The position numbers were made by a program, and so were the translations under genes. DNA of 64,000 bases, from positions 1-64,000 of the forward strand of contig NW_027590242.1 of the NCBI RefSeq assembly GCF_964213995.1. Direction: 5' to 3'. The stretch comes from Mustelus asterias. Its lineage: Eukaryota. The notes below the pieces were generated by a model. It was not told the DNA's origin. It was given only the letters and a program-made list of their open reading frames with translations, and did no database searches. Of this stretch, positions 50,691 through 63,548 are shown piece after piece; the stretch's first letter is position 1; every line of letters begins with the position of its first letter.

Positions 50691-53299
50691 TTTGCAAGTA
50701 CAGATGATTGATATGCTGAAGGGCATTTTGTTTAAATTTGTTACAAAGCACGAATCGAGAAGGCAATTTACCAGCCAGTTCAACGACTATCACAATGCAC
50801 ATTGCTGAACGTCTGGCACCAGATGCCTGCAACGTCAATGCTTTTCATATTTTCGCTACTCTTTAACTCCTCCGTTGAAAGAGGGAAGCAGTTGGTGTCG
50901 TACAAGAATAAATTGACTGGAGTTCGGCAAGTGCGTGCGTGCGTAAGTGCGCGCGCGTGTGTGTGTGTCTGCGTTGTGGTAGAAAAGTCTCCTGTCTTCG
51001 ATCAGAGTGCTGCCAATTCTAAGGTGTAACGCACTCTGGCCTCTCGCTCCGACTTCTTGATTAAATTGGGACAGGTGAGTGACTGAATGCCACATGTAGG
51101 TGGACCCCTTGCCCACTATGGCTTCCCTGCCTTTCAGCGCTGTGTATTCATGAGCAATTGTCCTCTGGGGCTGATGCAATGACGCCAGGAGAGTCATTCG
51201 CTGCATCATCTGCAATGTGACTGCGGTGGAATTTGCTGAAATTTCCCTGTGTTTAGATTACCACTTTTTGCGAATTTAAAATGAAATGCCCTTCAGCAAA
51301 CCCAACATCGCTGCAAATAGCAGCTGGATGCTCTGTTGTAGGATCTCTGGTCGAATGGTGAGCATCTGAATCCAGCGAACCGAATTTAAATTTAGGCGGA
51401 TCCTTGCTCTTCTTTGCCATTGTTGAGGATTGATTTGTTGAAGGACCTTTTGTTTAAATTCCTCACAAAGCAGGCATTGGGGGGACAATTTGTCAGCCAG
51501 TTCAACTTCTATTACACTGCACATTGCTGAGCCACTGGCGACAGGTGCCTGCATCAACAATGTTTTTTTAAAAATCTTTCACTACTCGTTAACTCCTCTG
51601 TTGAAAGAAAAGAACATTTGGTGTTACACACCAACAACCATTCGACTGGAGACTGGCAATTATTGAGCAAGCGTATGTGTGTATCTGTGTGTGTGTGCGT
51701 GTGTTTGTGTGTGTGTGCCTGTGTTTATGTGTGTGTGCGCGTGTGTGCGTGTGTGCGTGTGCGCGTGTGTGTATGTCTTTTGGGAGAAAGGCCGAATGTC
51801 AAAGGTCAGAGTGCTGTCGTTTCCATGGTGTGACTCTTCGCAATCCGGACTCTCGCCATCCCACCTCTTGTTTAAATTAGGACAGATGAGTGAGTGAATG
51901 GCACCCCGAGGTGGACCCCCTCCAAAATATATATTGAATTAGGAACATATTTTGAAATGACTAATCCTCATTTTGTATTATTTCATGTCAAACAGGGTGA
52001 CGCATCGTTGTATCTTATTATTAATTAAAACCTTAACCCTTTAACTACGTAAGGAGGCAAAGTTCAGTTAAAGAAAACTAATCCAAATGGAATTAGAAAA
52101 AAACTACACTGGCGTTACTGCAAATCCCACCTCAAAGCAGAAAATATTGGAAACACTTTCTAGGTCAAGCAGCGTCTATGGAAATGGAAACAGAGTGAAT
52201 GTCACTGACGTCGATCCAAACTGGAAGACATTAGAGATTTAATGGTTTACGAGCAAATGCAGAGCGAAGAAAAATACAGGGAGAGAACTCTATTTAGGAC
52301 CTTGTGATAGGATGTAAGGCTGGAGTGATTGAATGACATTGCAGATGATTGTTGTTCCCACAGACACAATCTCCCGGATCCTCGTTCAAATCTCACGCAA
52401 AATGAGAAGAAAACTTCCCGCTGAATTAAGCACAAACTCTTCGAATGCCGGGGAAGTAGAGATAGTTTTAACTCAGAAAGCAGAAACCGTGAGATTAATA
52501 GGGCGGCAGGGTGGCACGCTGGTTCGCACTGCTTCATCACAGCGACACTGACCCGTGTTCGATTCCCGGCTTGACTCACTGCCCATGTGGAGTTTGCACG
52601 TTCTCCCCGTGAATGCGTGGGTTTCCTCCCACAGTCTGAAAGACGTGCTGGTTAGGTGCACTGACCCGAAAAGGCACTGGAGTGTGGCGACTGGGGAATT
52701 TCACAGTAAATTGTTGTTACTCAAACCAGGTGGGGAAACAGCGTCTCAGCATGCCCGAAGTCAAACTGTCGCCCCATTTTCAGTTGTTTTAATCAGCTCA
52801 CCTCTCAATTTTCTAATCTAACGAGAGAACAGTCTCATCCCACTGCATCACTCCTCCCAGAACAACTGCCTCATTATAGGATTAAATGCAGTGAACCTTT
52901 GTTCAACATCGATAGCGAGAGAATAGAGGGAGCAAAGAGCAAAAGGGGGAACAGTGATCGATGCACAGACAGAGAGACTGAAAGAGTGAAAGAGTCTGAG
53001 ACAGGTTTTCAGCAACAGAGAGGGACAGAGAGTGAGGCAGACACTCACAACCCAATATACAAACAACAACTCTCTGAACCCACAAGCATGGGATGCTCTG
53101 ATTGGGTGAATAAGAATTAAGTGAATGTCCGCAAAAATTGTCACTTTTTGAAAATGTCTAGATTCTCTGTGAGTGTGCTGTGCTAACAGAAGCCTTGCAG
53201 TCAGTGCTCGGGTTATCAAGTCCGACCCCATGTGAACCAATTCCAACATATCACGGGAAATAAACAAACAGAATCCGCTCCTTGTCCATTTCGGAACAA

Positions 53300-53389
53300 A
53301 GGCTTGCCCACAATTTGAACCCGGGACCACTCGCACGTTTGCAGATTTTAACATCCAAAGCGAGAATCACACCCCTAGTCCATCAAGCC
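53300..53389 (-). pseudogene. tRNA-Pro(TGG)-like gene or pseudogene with an 18-nt anticodon-loop insertion
   Basis: GGCTTGATGGACTAGGGGTGTGATTCTCGCTTTGGA-TGTTAAAATCTGCAAACG-TGCGAGTGGTCCCGGGTTCAAATTGTGGGCAAGCC. The T-stem is degraded. Confidence 0.75.
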
Positions 53390-55448
53390 ATCTCTCAAAT
53401 AGCATGTCAACTAAATGTATTTTCACTGCCATGTAAAAGCGGATCCGACATCTGCACTGAAATGTGTTGAGGTTGGAAAAACTCAGGAAGTTAGCCGGCG
53501 TGTGTGCATATGGAAACAAAGTTAAACCTTCACCTCCATGACCTTTCATTAACATTGGGAATGTTTAGAAATAGAAGAAGTTTTTAAAAAGTGAAATCTA
53601 GCAGGGAGGAAACATAACAACATCTGGTAGCGTGGAAGCCAGGAGAAAATAAATGAGGGAAACAGAGAATGACAGAATGATTACACCACAGAATGAGACG
53701 ATTACAACGTTACTTGCACGACTCACATGTGTTGTGGGTGTAGGGGAAGCAGAGGACGTACTGTACATATACTTCAACAGAACTGCAGTGATGAGGTTGG
53801 TGGGCTTGAAAATTGAACGTTACACATCGAATCATAGGAACATGGGAATTGGAAGCAGATGCAGGCAAATTCAGCCCTTTGGTCCTGCTCCACCATTCAA
53901 TCAGATCATTGTTGACCTCTCCTTGATCTGAAATCCACCTCCCCACCTGTTCTCCATATCCTTTAATGGATTTTTCTTTACCAGAACTAAATCTATCCTT
54001 TCTTGAAATCATTGAACGATTCAGATTCGACCGCGCTATGGAACAGCGAGTTCCACCAATTCACCACCCTCTGCGAGCAGTAGTTCCCCCTCATCTCAGT
54101 TTTCAATGTACCGGCTCTCAAACTATAGAAGTGATCTCTTGTTCGACATTGCCCCATAGGAAGAAACGTTTCGTCTACCTTTGCTCTATCAATCCATTTA
54201 GAGTTTTATATACCTCGATCAGATTCTCCTTCATCCTTCTAAACTTCAGCAGCTTGTGGGATTATTTCACCTCACCCTCAATTCCATGTCCCAACGAATT
54301 CAATCCGTGTTGTCATCAGCTGAAGGAGGCATTTATGTTCTATCCAAACAGAACATTTTGAAGGAGAAACATGTCACAAGTGAAAAAGATCTGAGATAGA
54401 AATAATGAGCAAGGTTCATAAGTTAAGTCAGTTTAAAAAACACAGTTCACTAGTTTCCCTGGTAGTTCAGTGTTTGTGTTCAACATTCCCCCAGGGATAA
54501 CTTGTTTCAATTCCCGCTGAGGAAAATAAGACTATTTGCTCTCAGCAAACCATCAATAATGATTTGATTTACTCTCCGATCGAATACAGGTCTACTAGAA
54601 TCAGCCGAGTGAGGTTTGCAAGTTTATATCAGAGCTGGAAATTTCACATGTGCAACAGTTCAAGAATAAATACAGAAAGAGAAGGAAAGTGTAAGGCAGC
54701 AAACTACGAACGGTTGAGACGTTTTTGCAAGGTAAAATCTGTCTGGTAATGGGTCAGATTTTACTGTTTACAGTGACACTGAATTATGAAACTGTTCCCT
54801 CACCCTGCATTGAAAAGCATTTGGAAATATTTCTGTCCGGTTCCGAACAGTCGGAAGCAAAAGTGATGAATGCAGTGGAGTGTCCGTTGTATGTTATCAT
54901 TGGCTGAGCACATCACTGGTGTTGAACCACAAGTTGCCATTTTGAAGGAGAAAGCTGTTTGTGGCGAAACTGGTCTGGCGTGAAAACAAAAGCAGCGTGG
55001 ATAATTTAAATTCTAAAACACGCTGTGAGCTGGTGGTTAGAGTTTGACTTTTTCGCTGCTGTTTAGATTACTGGTCTGGAACTGAAGATTTATTGCCAGC
55101 ATCCAAACTCTGAAAACAAATGTGAGTTATTGCCTGGATGAACACATAAAACATAATATGATCCTTAAGTGCAGACTCTGTGCAAATTCAACAGGAGGTT
55201 CCGTTGTCATTTCTGGCAGGAAATTGGGAAGAGACGAGCTTAAGGACAGTTTAAATGATGCCGGCCCTTCACTGCAGCTCATTGTGTCTCTGACGTGAGA
55301 TGATTTCTGTTTGTTTCGCAGTTCAGACTTACCTGAATCAGAGAAGGAGCAGGCTCCTTCCTCCTGATGGCCTTTCCAAGGTCCATTGCGTTTAATGAAT
55401 TTCGGTAACATTATCATTAAATAACATGATCGCGATGCGTTGCAACGT

Positions 55449-55530
55449 GGTAGCGCGGCCGAGCGGTCTAAGGCGCTGGATTAAGGCTTCAGTCTCGACG
55501 GAGGCGTGGGTTCGAATCCCACTGCTGCTA
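55449..55530 (+). tRNA. tRNA-Leu(AAG)
   Basis: GGTAGCGCGGCCGAGCGGTCTAAGGCGCTGGATTAAGGCTTCAGTCTCGACGGAGGCGTGGGTTCGAATCCCACTGCTGCTA, with a few substitutions. Confidence 0.85.
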
Positions 55531-56155
55531 GGATTTGGCCTAACTGCTCAATTTGCATGCAAGAGTGTATGCCGTGTCGTTTCTGTCAGGAACAACGAGC
55601 AGACATATGACTAACTGAAAAAGTTGCTGGGGTAAAGCAGTGTGTGTGCAAGTGGCTCCTTTCGAGAGCATATACAGGCTGAATTTCTGACTGCGGAGTC
55701 AGGAGACATGTTGAGATGTTCCAGCATTGTCTGTTTTTGTTTCAGATTCCAGCATCCGCAGTATTTTGCTTTTACCGCCACCATTTACATTCCGTTTTTT
55801 TTTGTCTATCACAACTTTGTCAACTCTTACGCACGGCTCCCACCCTCACCCCCCGTATCTCCCACACTTAAAGTGTAAATCTCGTCCTCCTTTACTGTCT
55901 TCATCTTTGATGACTGACCACACAGATTTGAAATGTTGGCTCTATTCTCTCTCCAGAGATGCCGTCATGCCTGTTGAGATTTTACAGCATTTTAAGTTTT
56001 TCTTTTAAGTTCCAGAATCTGCAGTAATTTGCTGTTGGCTGAAGGAATCATTGGTGTTCTATCAAAACATGAGGGGTTTTTTTCCGACAATCCTTTCTTG
56101 AGTATTTGAAAAACGCTACAATGTACCAGTCAGATGAAAGCATTTTCTCCCATCT

Positions 56156-56227
56156 TCCCTGGCGGTCTCGTGGTTAGGATTTGGCGCTTTCACCGCCGCG
56201 GCCCGGGTTCGATTCCCGGTCAGGGAA
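56156..56227 (+). tRNA. tRNA-Glu(TTC)
   Basis: TCCCTGGCGGTCTCGTGGTTAGGATTTGGCGCTTTCACCGCCGCGGCCCGGGTTCGATTCCCGGTCAGGGAA, with TTTT downstream. Confidence 0.88.
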
Positions 56228-57991
56228 TGCTGATTTTATAGCTGCCGACCAGCACATGATTTAGGAGGGGCTGAAATTACTTCCTGATCGATAACAGGAG
56301 TGATCATTGTGCCAGTTTGAGCTCCCTGGAGAAACAAAATAAACCCATTTGCACAATCCCGTCAATTGTCCCCGGCAGTTTATGTTTACATCCTCCCTTG
56401 CTTTATATCACAGAACATCCGTTTTGTTCTTTTCACAGGTTGATTCATGGCGTTACCATCAGAAAATGTTGGAAATACTCGGCAGGTCAGTTAATGTTTC
56501 GTGGCAAATGCGTGATTATTTCTGAAAGCTGAATTACTCTGAAATTGAAAACATTTGGAAATGTTTCTGTAAAGATGAAATACTGCTCATGCTGGAACCT
56601 GAAACACAAAAAAAAGTACTTGAAAATCTCAGCAGGTCTGGCAGCATCTGTGAAGAGAAAACAGAGCCAATGTGTCGAATCAGGAAATCTGAGGAAGGGT
56701 CATCCAGATTTGAAACGTTTGTTTCCTCACAGAGGTTGTCAATCCTGCTGAGATTTTCCACCATTTTCTATTCCTGTTTAATAAGTTTCTGCTCAGGATT
56801 GAACCAGGAAATTTGCATGTGTACGGCGACCGTGATAAGTACCACACTACAGAAACGCTGCGATGCAATGATGTAAGGAAACTGGCTCCACAAACACGTC
56901 AATTACCGACAGCAATTTATATTTGCATTGTGTCTGCTGGTACCTCCTGTTAAAATGTTTAACGATACAATCTACTGCGTAGAATTCGTGTGATAACATG
57001 CACGACCTACCTTGCATTAAATTGATCTTTCTCTACACCCAAACTATGACTGTAACAGTACGTTCTGCACCCTCTCGTTTCCTTCTCGATGAATGATATG
57101 CTTTGGCTGTGGAGCGCGCAAGAAAAATACTTTCCGCTGTATGCGAATGCATGTGACAATAATAAATCAAATCAAAGTTACTCCATGAAGTTAATTAATT
57201 GAACATTTAGCAGTGATGGGCTTCTATCACGCGCTTTAACTAACGCGACTGCCTTGAATTCAGGACCTGAGACTTGAATGCTGTCAGCAGAATCCATTGG
57301 TACCGGAACTGATATTGACAGTGAACAGAATCAATGAAAGAAAACTGGACTACATGTCCCATTGAGCCTCCTCCACGACAAAAACAAGGCAGATCCGTAA
57401 CCTCAACCCCAATTTCCCAGCTTATCCCAATAGGTCTTCATTCCCTTAGATTCCAAAATCACTCCAACTCAACCTTCAATATCCTCAGCGACTGAGGATC
57501 CACGTACCTCTGGGCAGCTGCAGAATTCTAAAGATACACAAGCGTTTGGGAGAAGAAATGTCTCCTTACCTCAGTCATAAATGGCTGGCACCTGACCCAG
57601 AGAATGTAGGTCCAGAGTGCCTGACCGAGACACTTGTCGCCATTCTAACCCACTTATCCTCACACATTTACCATGGCTCATCCATCTGACCGACATCAAC
57701 TGCACCGTGAGTGAGAGAGTGAAAGCAGAAATATGACAGTGGCGATTTTACTGAGCGCATTTTCTTTCCAATAATTGGAAAAAAAATATTTTGTTGGATC
57801 CATATTCAGTTCATATTCAACAACGAAATACAATCTGGGAACTTTCAAGCAGTAAATTTCGATCATGTTCGACCCTGTTTCGAATCGGACAGTCTATCCT
57901 ATATGATAAGCCTCACACTATAGAAACTCTGCTCATGACCAATGTGACCGGCCTAGGATATCAAACCGTGCAGTCTGATTGCAATTTAGAA

Positions 57992-59260
57992 CCTTGCGTG
58001 GGTTCTTAATTATACTGGCTGCTTTGCCGAGGCAGCGGGAAGAGCCAATGGATGGGAGGCAAGTTTGCGTGATGATCTGAGCTACGTTCACGACCCATTG
58101 TAGTTCCTTGCGGTCCAGGGCAGAGCAGGAGCCATACCAAAATGTGATACAACCAGAAAGAATGCTTTCTATGGTGCATCTGCAAACGTAGGTGAGAGTC
58201 GTAGCTGACATGCCAAATTTCCTTAGTCTTCTGAGAAAGTAGAGGCGTTGGTTGGCTTTCTTAACTATAGTGTCAGCATGGGGGGACCAGGACAGGTTGT
58301 TAGTGATCTGGAGACCTAAAAACGTGAAGCTCTCGACCCTTTCTACTTCGTCTCCGTTGATGCAGACAGGGGCAATTTCTCCTCTACGCTTCCTGAGGTC
58401 GAGGACAATCTCATTCGTTTTGTTGACATTGAGGGAGAAATTATTGTCGCCGCGCCAATTTCACCAGCTTCTCTATCTCATTCTTGTACTCTGTCTCCTC
58501 ATTATCTGAGATCAGACCCACTACGGTGGTGTCGCCAGCAAACTTGAAAATCGAATTGGAGGGGAATTTGGCCACACAGTCATGGATATATCAGGACTGT
58601 AGTAGGGGGCTGAGAACACAAACTTATGGGGCACCGGTGTTGAGGATGACCGTGGAGGAGGTGCTGTTGTCTATCCTTACTGATAGTGTCCTGTGGGTTA
58701 GGAAGTTCAGGATCCAGTCGCAGAGGGAGGAGCCGAGGTCCGGGCCATGGAGTTTGGAGATGCGTTTCGTCGGAATAAGGCTGAGCTGTAGTCAATAAAT
58801 AGGAGTCTGACATAGGCGTTTTTGTTATCTAGGTGTGCCAGGGTTGAGTGCAGGGCCAGGGAGATGGTGTCTGCTGTGGACCTGTTGCGGCGGTCGACGC
58901 ACTGTAGTGGACCCAGGCAGCCCTGGAGGCTGGAATTGAATCGTGCTATGACTAGCCTTCGAAGCACTTCATAATGATGGATGTCAGAGCCACCAGACAG
59001 TATTCATTACGGCACGCTGCTTGGATTTTCTTTGGTCGTGGGATGATGGTTGTCTTCTTGAAGCAGAAGTAAAGAGAGTTTGAAGATGTCTGCGAATACC
59101 CCCGCCAGCTGATCCACGCAGGATCTGAGTTCACGTCCGGGTACCCCATCCGGGCCAGTCGCTTTCAGTGGGTTGAACTTCGAGAAAGCTGCTCCGACAT
59201 CTGCAATGATGACCTCTGGTACAGTTTCATCCAAGGCTCCCAGGGTGGAGGGAATGCATC
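57992..59260 (-). mobile_element. Rex1/Babar LINE, inverted segmental-duplicate partner of 11040-12330
   Basis: Same RT motifs (HLDNKNAYVRLLFIDYSSA) and the same 5' junction with flanking DNA. Confidence 0.85.
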
Positions 59261-60197
59261 GTTTCTGTCAAGTACTGATTACACATTCACCGAACCAAAG
59301 ATTCCCTGTTGGAAAGCGGGCGGAAGTATACTTTTAACCTCAGAGTGAGGAAATGAGCAATGATTCACGTTTATTGCTGAATATTAACTGAATACTGTAT
59401 TTTATACTGTGTTACACTTCCCCTTCCCCTTCACAGTTCTGTATTCAAAGCCGACAGAACATTTTTCGCAGACTCTCCTTTCCAACTCTGAATGGTCAGA
59501 AAGCTTCCCTCAAACCTGCACAGTCCGGCTGATTGCTGTTGATTTGTTTGTGATTATTAAAGGCGAAGCCACGTTTCAGATGGGGAAACAAACCCAACAA
59601 TTATTCTCTCTTCTCCGGCTCCACATTGGAGACAGGGACAAGCAGCAGGATTTTAACCCGCAGTCTCCAATCACCCGCTGACAGCAGAAAGGAGCGAATG
59701 CAGATGCACCTGTACGTTGGTTTAAACTCAGAGTGAGAATTTATTGTTGAAAATTAACTCAACAGAGTATTTTACACTGCATGTTACATTTCCCCATCCA
59801 TCTGTGCACACACAAACACAATATTTTTCACTGACTCCCGTTTCCAGCTCTGACGGTTCAGAAAGCTTCTCCCAAACCTGCACATTCCGGATCTTCCTTG
59901 CGTTCGTTGAACAGAAGCACCGCTGATCAACATTTATTGCCCATCCCCAGTTGAGGGGCAACCACTTTGCTGTCGCTCTGGAGTCATGTGTCGGCCAGAC
60001 CATCTCACAACAACAGATTTCCTTCCATTAGTGAATCATGATTTTTAGCAACAACAGATGTTGTTTGATGGCCATCAGTGGATTTTTATTCCAATCTTAT
60101 TTATTGTATTCAAACTCCACTGGCTGCACTGGCCGTCCCTCGAATATTAGCTGGTCGAGGGATCACACCACTGGACGATCGTCTCACCTAAAACAAC

Positions 60198-60292
60198 TGC
60201 TCCAGGTGAGGCTCGAACTCACAACCTCGGCATAGCCCGCTGCCTACACTGCTGTATGAGCACCGCGCGCTAACCGATTGCGGCATTAGAGC
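60198..60292 (-). pseudogene. tRNA-Ile(TAT)-derived copy with intron and anticodon changed to CAT
   Basis: GCTCTAATGCCGCAATCGGTTAGCGCGCGGTGCTCATA-intron-ATGCCGAGGTTGTGAGTTCGAGCCTCACCTGGAGCA. Confidence 0.8.
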
Positions 60293-60680
60293 ACTGTGTT
60301 TTGCTCATTTGTGTCAGATTATTAAAGGCTGCAGCAGCGTTACCTCCGTTAATAACAGTTATTCGAGGCCACATTTCAGACAGGGAAACAAATCCATCGC
60401 TGATTTTTTTCCCCCCGGCTCCACAGTGAGTGAGACAGGGAGAAGCAGCAGGATTATATCCCGCAGTCTCCAATCGCCAGCAGAAAGCGGCGATTGCAGC
60501 TTCAGTCAGCGGGTTCCTGCCCATCCCTGGGACACATGGTCCAATTCCGTTCAAACCTCACCATAAACCGAACACAAGCTCAGCAAAACGCAAATAGATC
60601 ATGTCCGGCTCACTGCACCTTCGAGTAGCATTTACACAACACCTGAGTGATTCACAAACAAAATTCACTCCAACTTTCCA

Positions 60681-61323
60681 GAACTGTGAAGAAGGCCTAT
60701 AGTGTGTTAGCTTTTATTAACAGGGGGTTGGAGTTTAAGAGCCGTGGGGTTATGCTGCAACTGTACAGGACCTTGGTGAGACCACATTTGGAATATTGTG
60801 TGCAGTTCTGGTCACCTCACTATAAGAAGGATGTGGAAGCGCTGGAAAGAGTGCAGAGGAGATTTACCAGGATGCTGCCTGGTTTGGAGGGTAGGTCATA
60901 TGAGGAAAGGTTGAGGGAGCTAGGGCTGTTCTCTCTGGAGCGGAGGAGGCTGAGGGGAGACTTAATAGAGGTGTATAAAATGATGAAGGGGATAGATAGA
61001 GTGAACGTTCAAAGACTATTTCCTCGGGTGGATGAAGCTATTACAAGGGGGCATAACTATAGGGTTCGTGGTGGGAGATACAGGACGGATATCAGAGGTA
61101 GGTTCTTTACGCAGAGAGTGGTTGGGGTGTGGAATGGACTGCCTGCAGTGATAGTGGAGTCAGACACTTTAGGAACATTTAAGCGGTTATTGGATAGGCA
61201 CATGGAGCACACCAGGATGATAGGGAGTGGGATAGCTTGATCTTGGTTTCAGATAAAGCTCGGCACAACATCGTGGGCCGAAGGGCCTGTTCTGTGCTGT
61301 ACTGTTCTATGTTCTATGTTCTA
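60681..61323 (+). mobile_element. CR1 LINE 3' ~640 bp
   Basis: Near-identical to 42247-42885, with a (TTCTATG)n tail. Absent from the paralogous site at ~22265. Confidence 0.92.
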
Positions 61324-61860
61324 ACTTTTCATTGAAAAAGTCCTCCATTTGGTTGAAAAACTGAGTGTTGTGGATCTGGAAATAAGCACCATGGGATTTG
61401 TGTTACGCAGTGACTTGTTTCCCTTGGTTAGCCCTCAGGTTTGCAATTCCATTTGTGTGACATATTGAAGCGAATCTTGTATCAAAATTAGGAGAAAACA
61501 AGGGAAATATTAAATCTTGGAACAAATCGTGAGGGAAATGGATCAAAATATTTGGAAGGAGGTGTTATTGATGATTGAGTGGAAAACATTGGATCGCTGG
61601 GCGACTGGTTTTCAGTTCCATTCCCTCGTGTTGAATTCCTCCCTGTGATAAGAGACATGGATTCATTTTACCTGCACGTTCATAGGAGAAAGGGAATAAC
61701 CAACACACTACAGCAGTGCTGCGGGATCAACGGAACTAAAGAGACTTGTAGAGAATTGTAAACAGTGCGGTCATGCTGCAGTTCTGGAACAGGCTTTGCA
61801 GAAATAGAATTGTGGTCATTGACACACTAGTTTAGAATACATTTAACAGCTGCTGCTGCA

Positions 61861-61922
61861 GTCTCTGTGGCGCAATTGGTCAGCGCGTCCGAAGGTTGGT
61901 GGTTCGAGACCACGCAGGGACG
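61861..61922 (+). pseudogene. tRNA-Asn pseudogene lacking the anticodon arm
   Basis: Paralog of 22808-22881 with a 12-nt deletion. Confidence 0.85.
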
Positions 61923-63474
61923 GAATGTTACTATTTTCTCACCATCAGCATTCATAGGCAAACAGTTGCGTGTTGGCAATGAGTTTGTGGGCGTCAGTAA
62001 AAATAGTTTTCAATTGTTACCGACTGTACTGTTATCTGATGTTACCAACATTATTCAATGACGATTGACTTCAAACATATTACATACAACATTCTATACA
62101 TGCTTCCATTATTCCATTAAACTTAAAAATTACAATCGAAACATGGACTTGTGGCTGAGCATTTGTTCCAATTCCATATCCCTGCTTCCATTCATTCCTG
62201 GAAAGATCATAAATCTGTCTCACCCAGAGTGAAATATGTTCAATTATGGAGCATTCTCTAGAACCCTCTGGCTAGAGAATTTCGAAGATTCACGAGGCTT
62301 TGAGTGAAGCAAATTCTCCTCATCGCACTCCTAAATCATCAGCGCCTTATCCTGAGATTGTGCTCCCGTGTTTTAGATTCCTGGATCAGGAAAAAATAAT
62401 GCCTCAGCTTTTCAATGGTACCTATTCTTTCTCGTTAAAGCTGTTGAGATTTTCCAGCATTTTCTGTTTTTGATTCAGATTCCAGCATCATCAGATTTTG
62501 CTTTTATTCTGTCTAAAATGCGGGGATCCAATCTGTGCACACTATTCCAAATGTGGCCTCAACAAAACCCTGAATTACTGTAGCAAGATACAAACACTTC
62601 AAAACTTAACTCCGTGCTCAAGGCTGGAAGGAGAGAGTGACAGTGGATAATTCGCACTGTGTACATTCCTGCAATCAGTAACTGTAATGTAATCAGTAAC
62701 TGGATCAGGAAGATGAGATATCTGTGTCTCTTTGTACTGTCATCTCTAAACTCCATCTCCTCTTAATGCCGTGTGGCATACATTCGCTTTCCCTGCTTTC
62801 CAGTTAAAGCTCGGGTTCACCAACTGTCTGTGTCTTTATCAAGCAGCTAATTGACCCTGGGAGCTGGATAGCCAGAGGGAGCTGGATGTGAGGCAGCGAC
62901 AGAAACAGGAAGAGACGCGACATGACAGTGATCTTTCTGTCGATAGATCTGCCTCAGTCCTTCCCTCTCTCAGTCTAACTATCCATTTCCCTCTTTTGTT
63001 TTTGTTCCTCCTATTCTCTCCCTGTCTGGGTGGAATCAAGTTTAATTGAATTGATTCCTGAAATGAGGCGGTTGTTGAGCTGGGGTTGATTGTAATGGCG
63101 GAGGAAACTCAATGGGACATGTGATCTAATCCAACTCCAATGATTCTGTTCACTGCCAATACTAGTTCCGACAGCAATGACTTCTGTTGGTGTCGTTGAT
63201 AGGAAGTTTAAGGCACTAAGTTTAGGATAGCGATATTTGTGGAGGCGTGTGATCAAATTCTCCCAATGTCAGATTTTCACTTAAATTACTTTAAACGTTA
63301 CGAACTTTGATCAAACATGTGATTATTAAAATTGAATGCAGTAGAATGTGTCATCATTCATTTTGATTCGAGAAACCAGCAGAGAGAATGTAAAGTGAGC
63401 AACTGACGGGCTTGTGGAACGAGTTTAGTTGCTCCACAAGTAAACCGGGTCTGCTTCAAGTCATGCATCGCAAA

Positions 63475-63548
63475 GTTTCTGTAGTGCAGTGGTTACCACG
63501 TTTGCCTCACATGCGCACAGGTCCCCGGGTCAACACCGAGCAAAAACA
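63475..63548 (+). pseudogene. tRNA-Val(CAC) pseudogene
   Basis: GTTTCTGTAGTGCAGTGGTTACCACGTTTGCCTCACATGCGCACAGGTCCCCGGGTCAACACC. Confidence 0.75.

Noticed and set aside
54455-55080. Additional very degraded tRNA-Glu-like relics (also ~27380-27445)
   Set aside because: They are too diverged to assign boundaries or isotype by eye.
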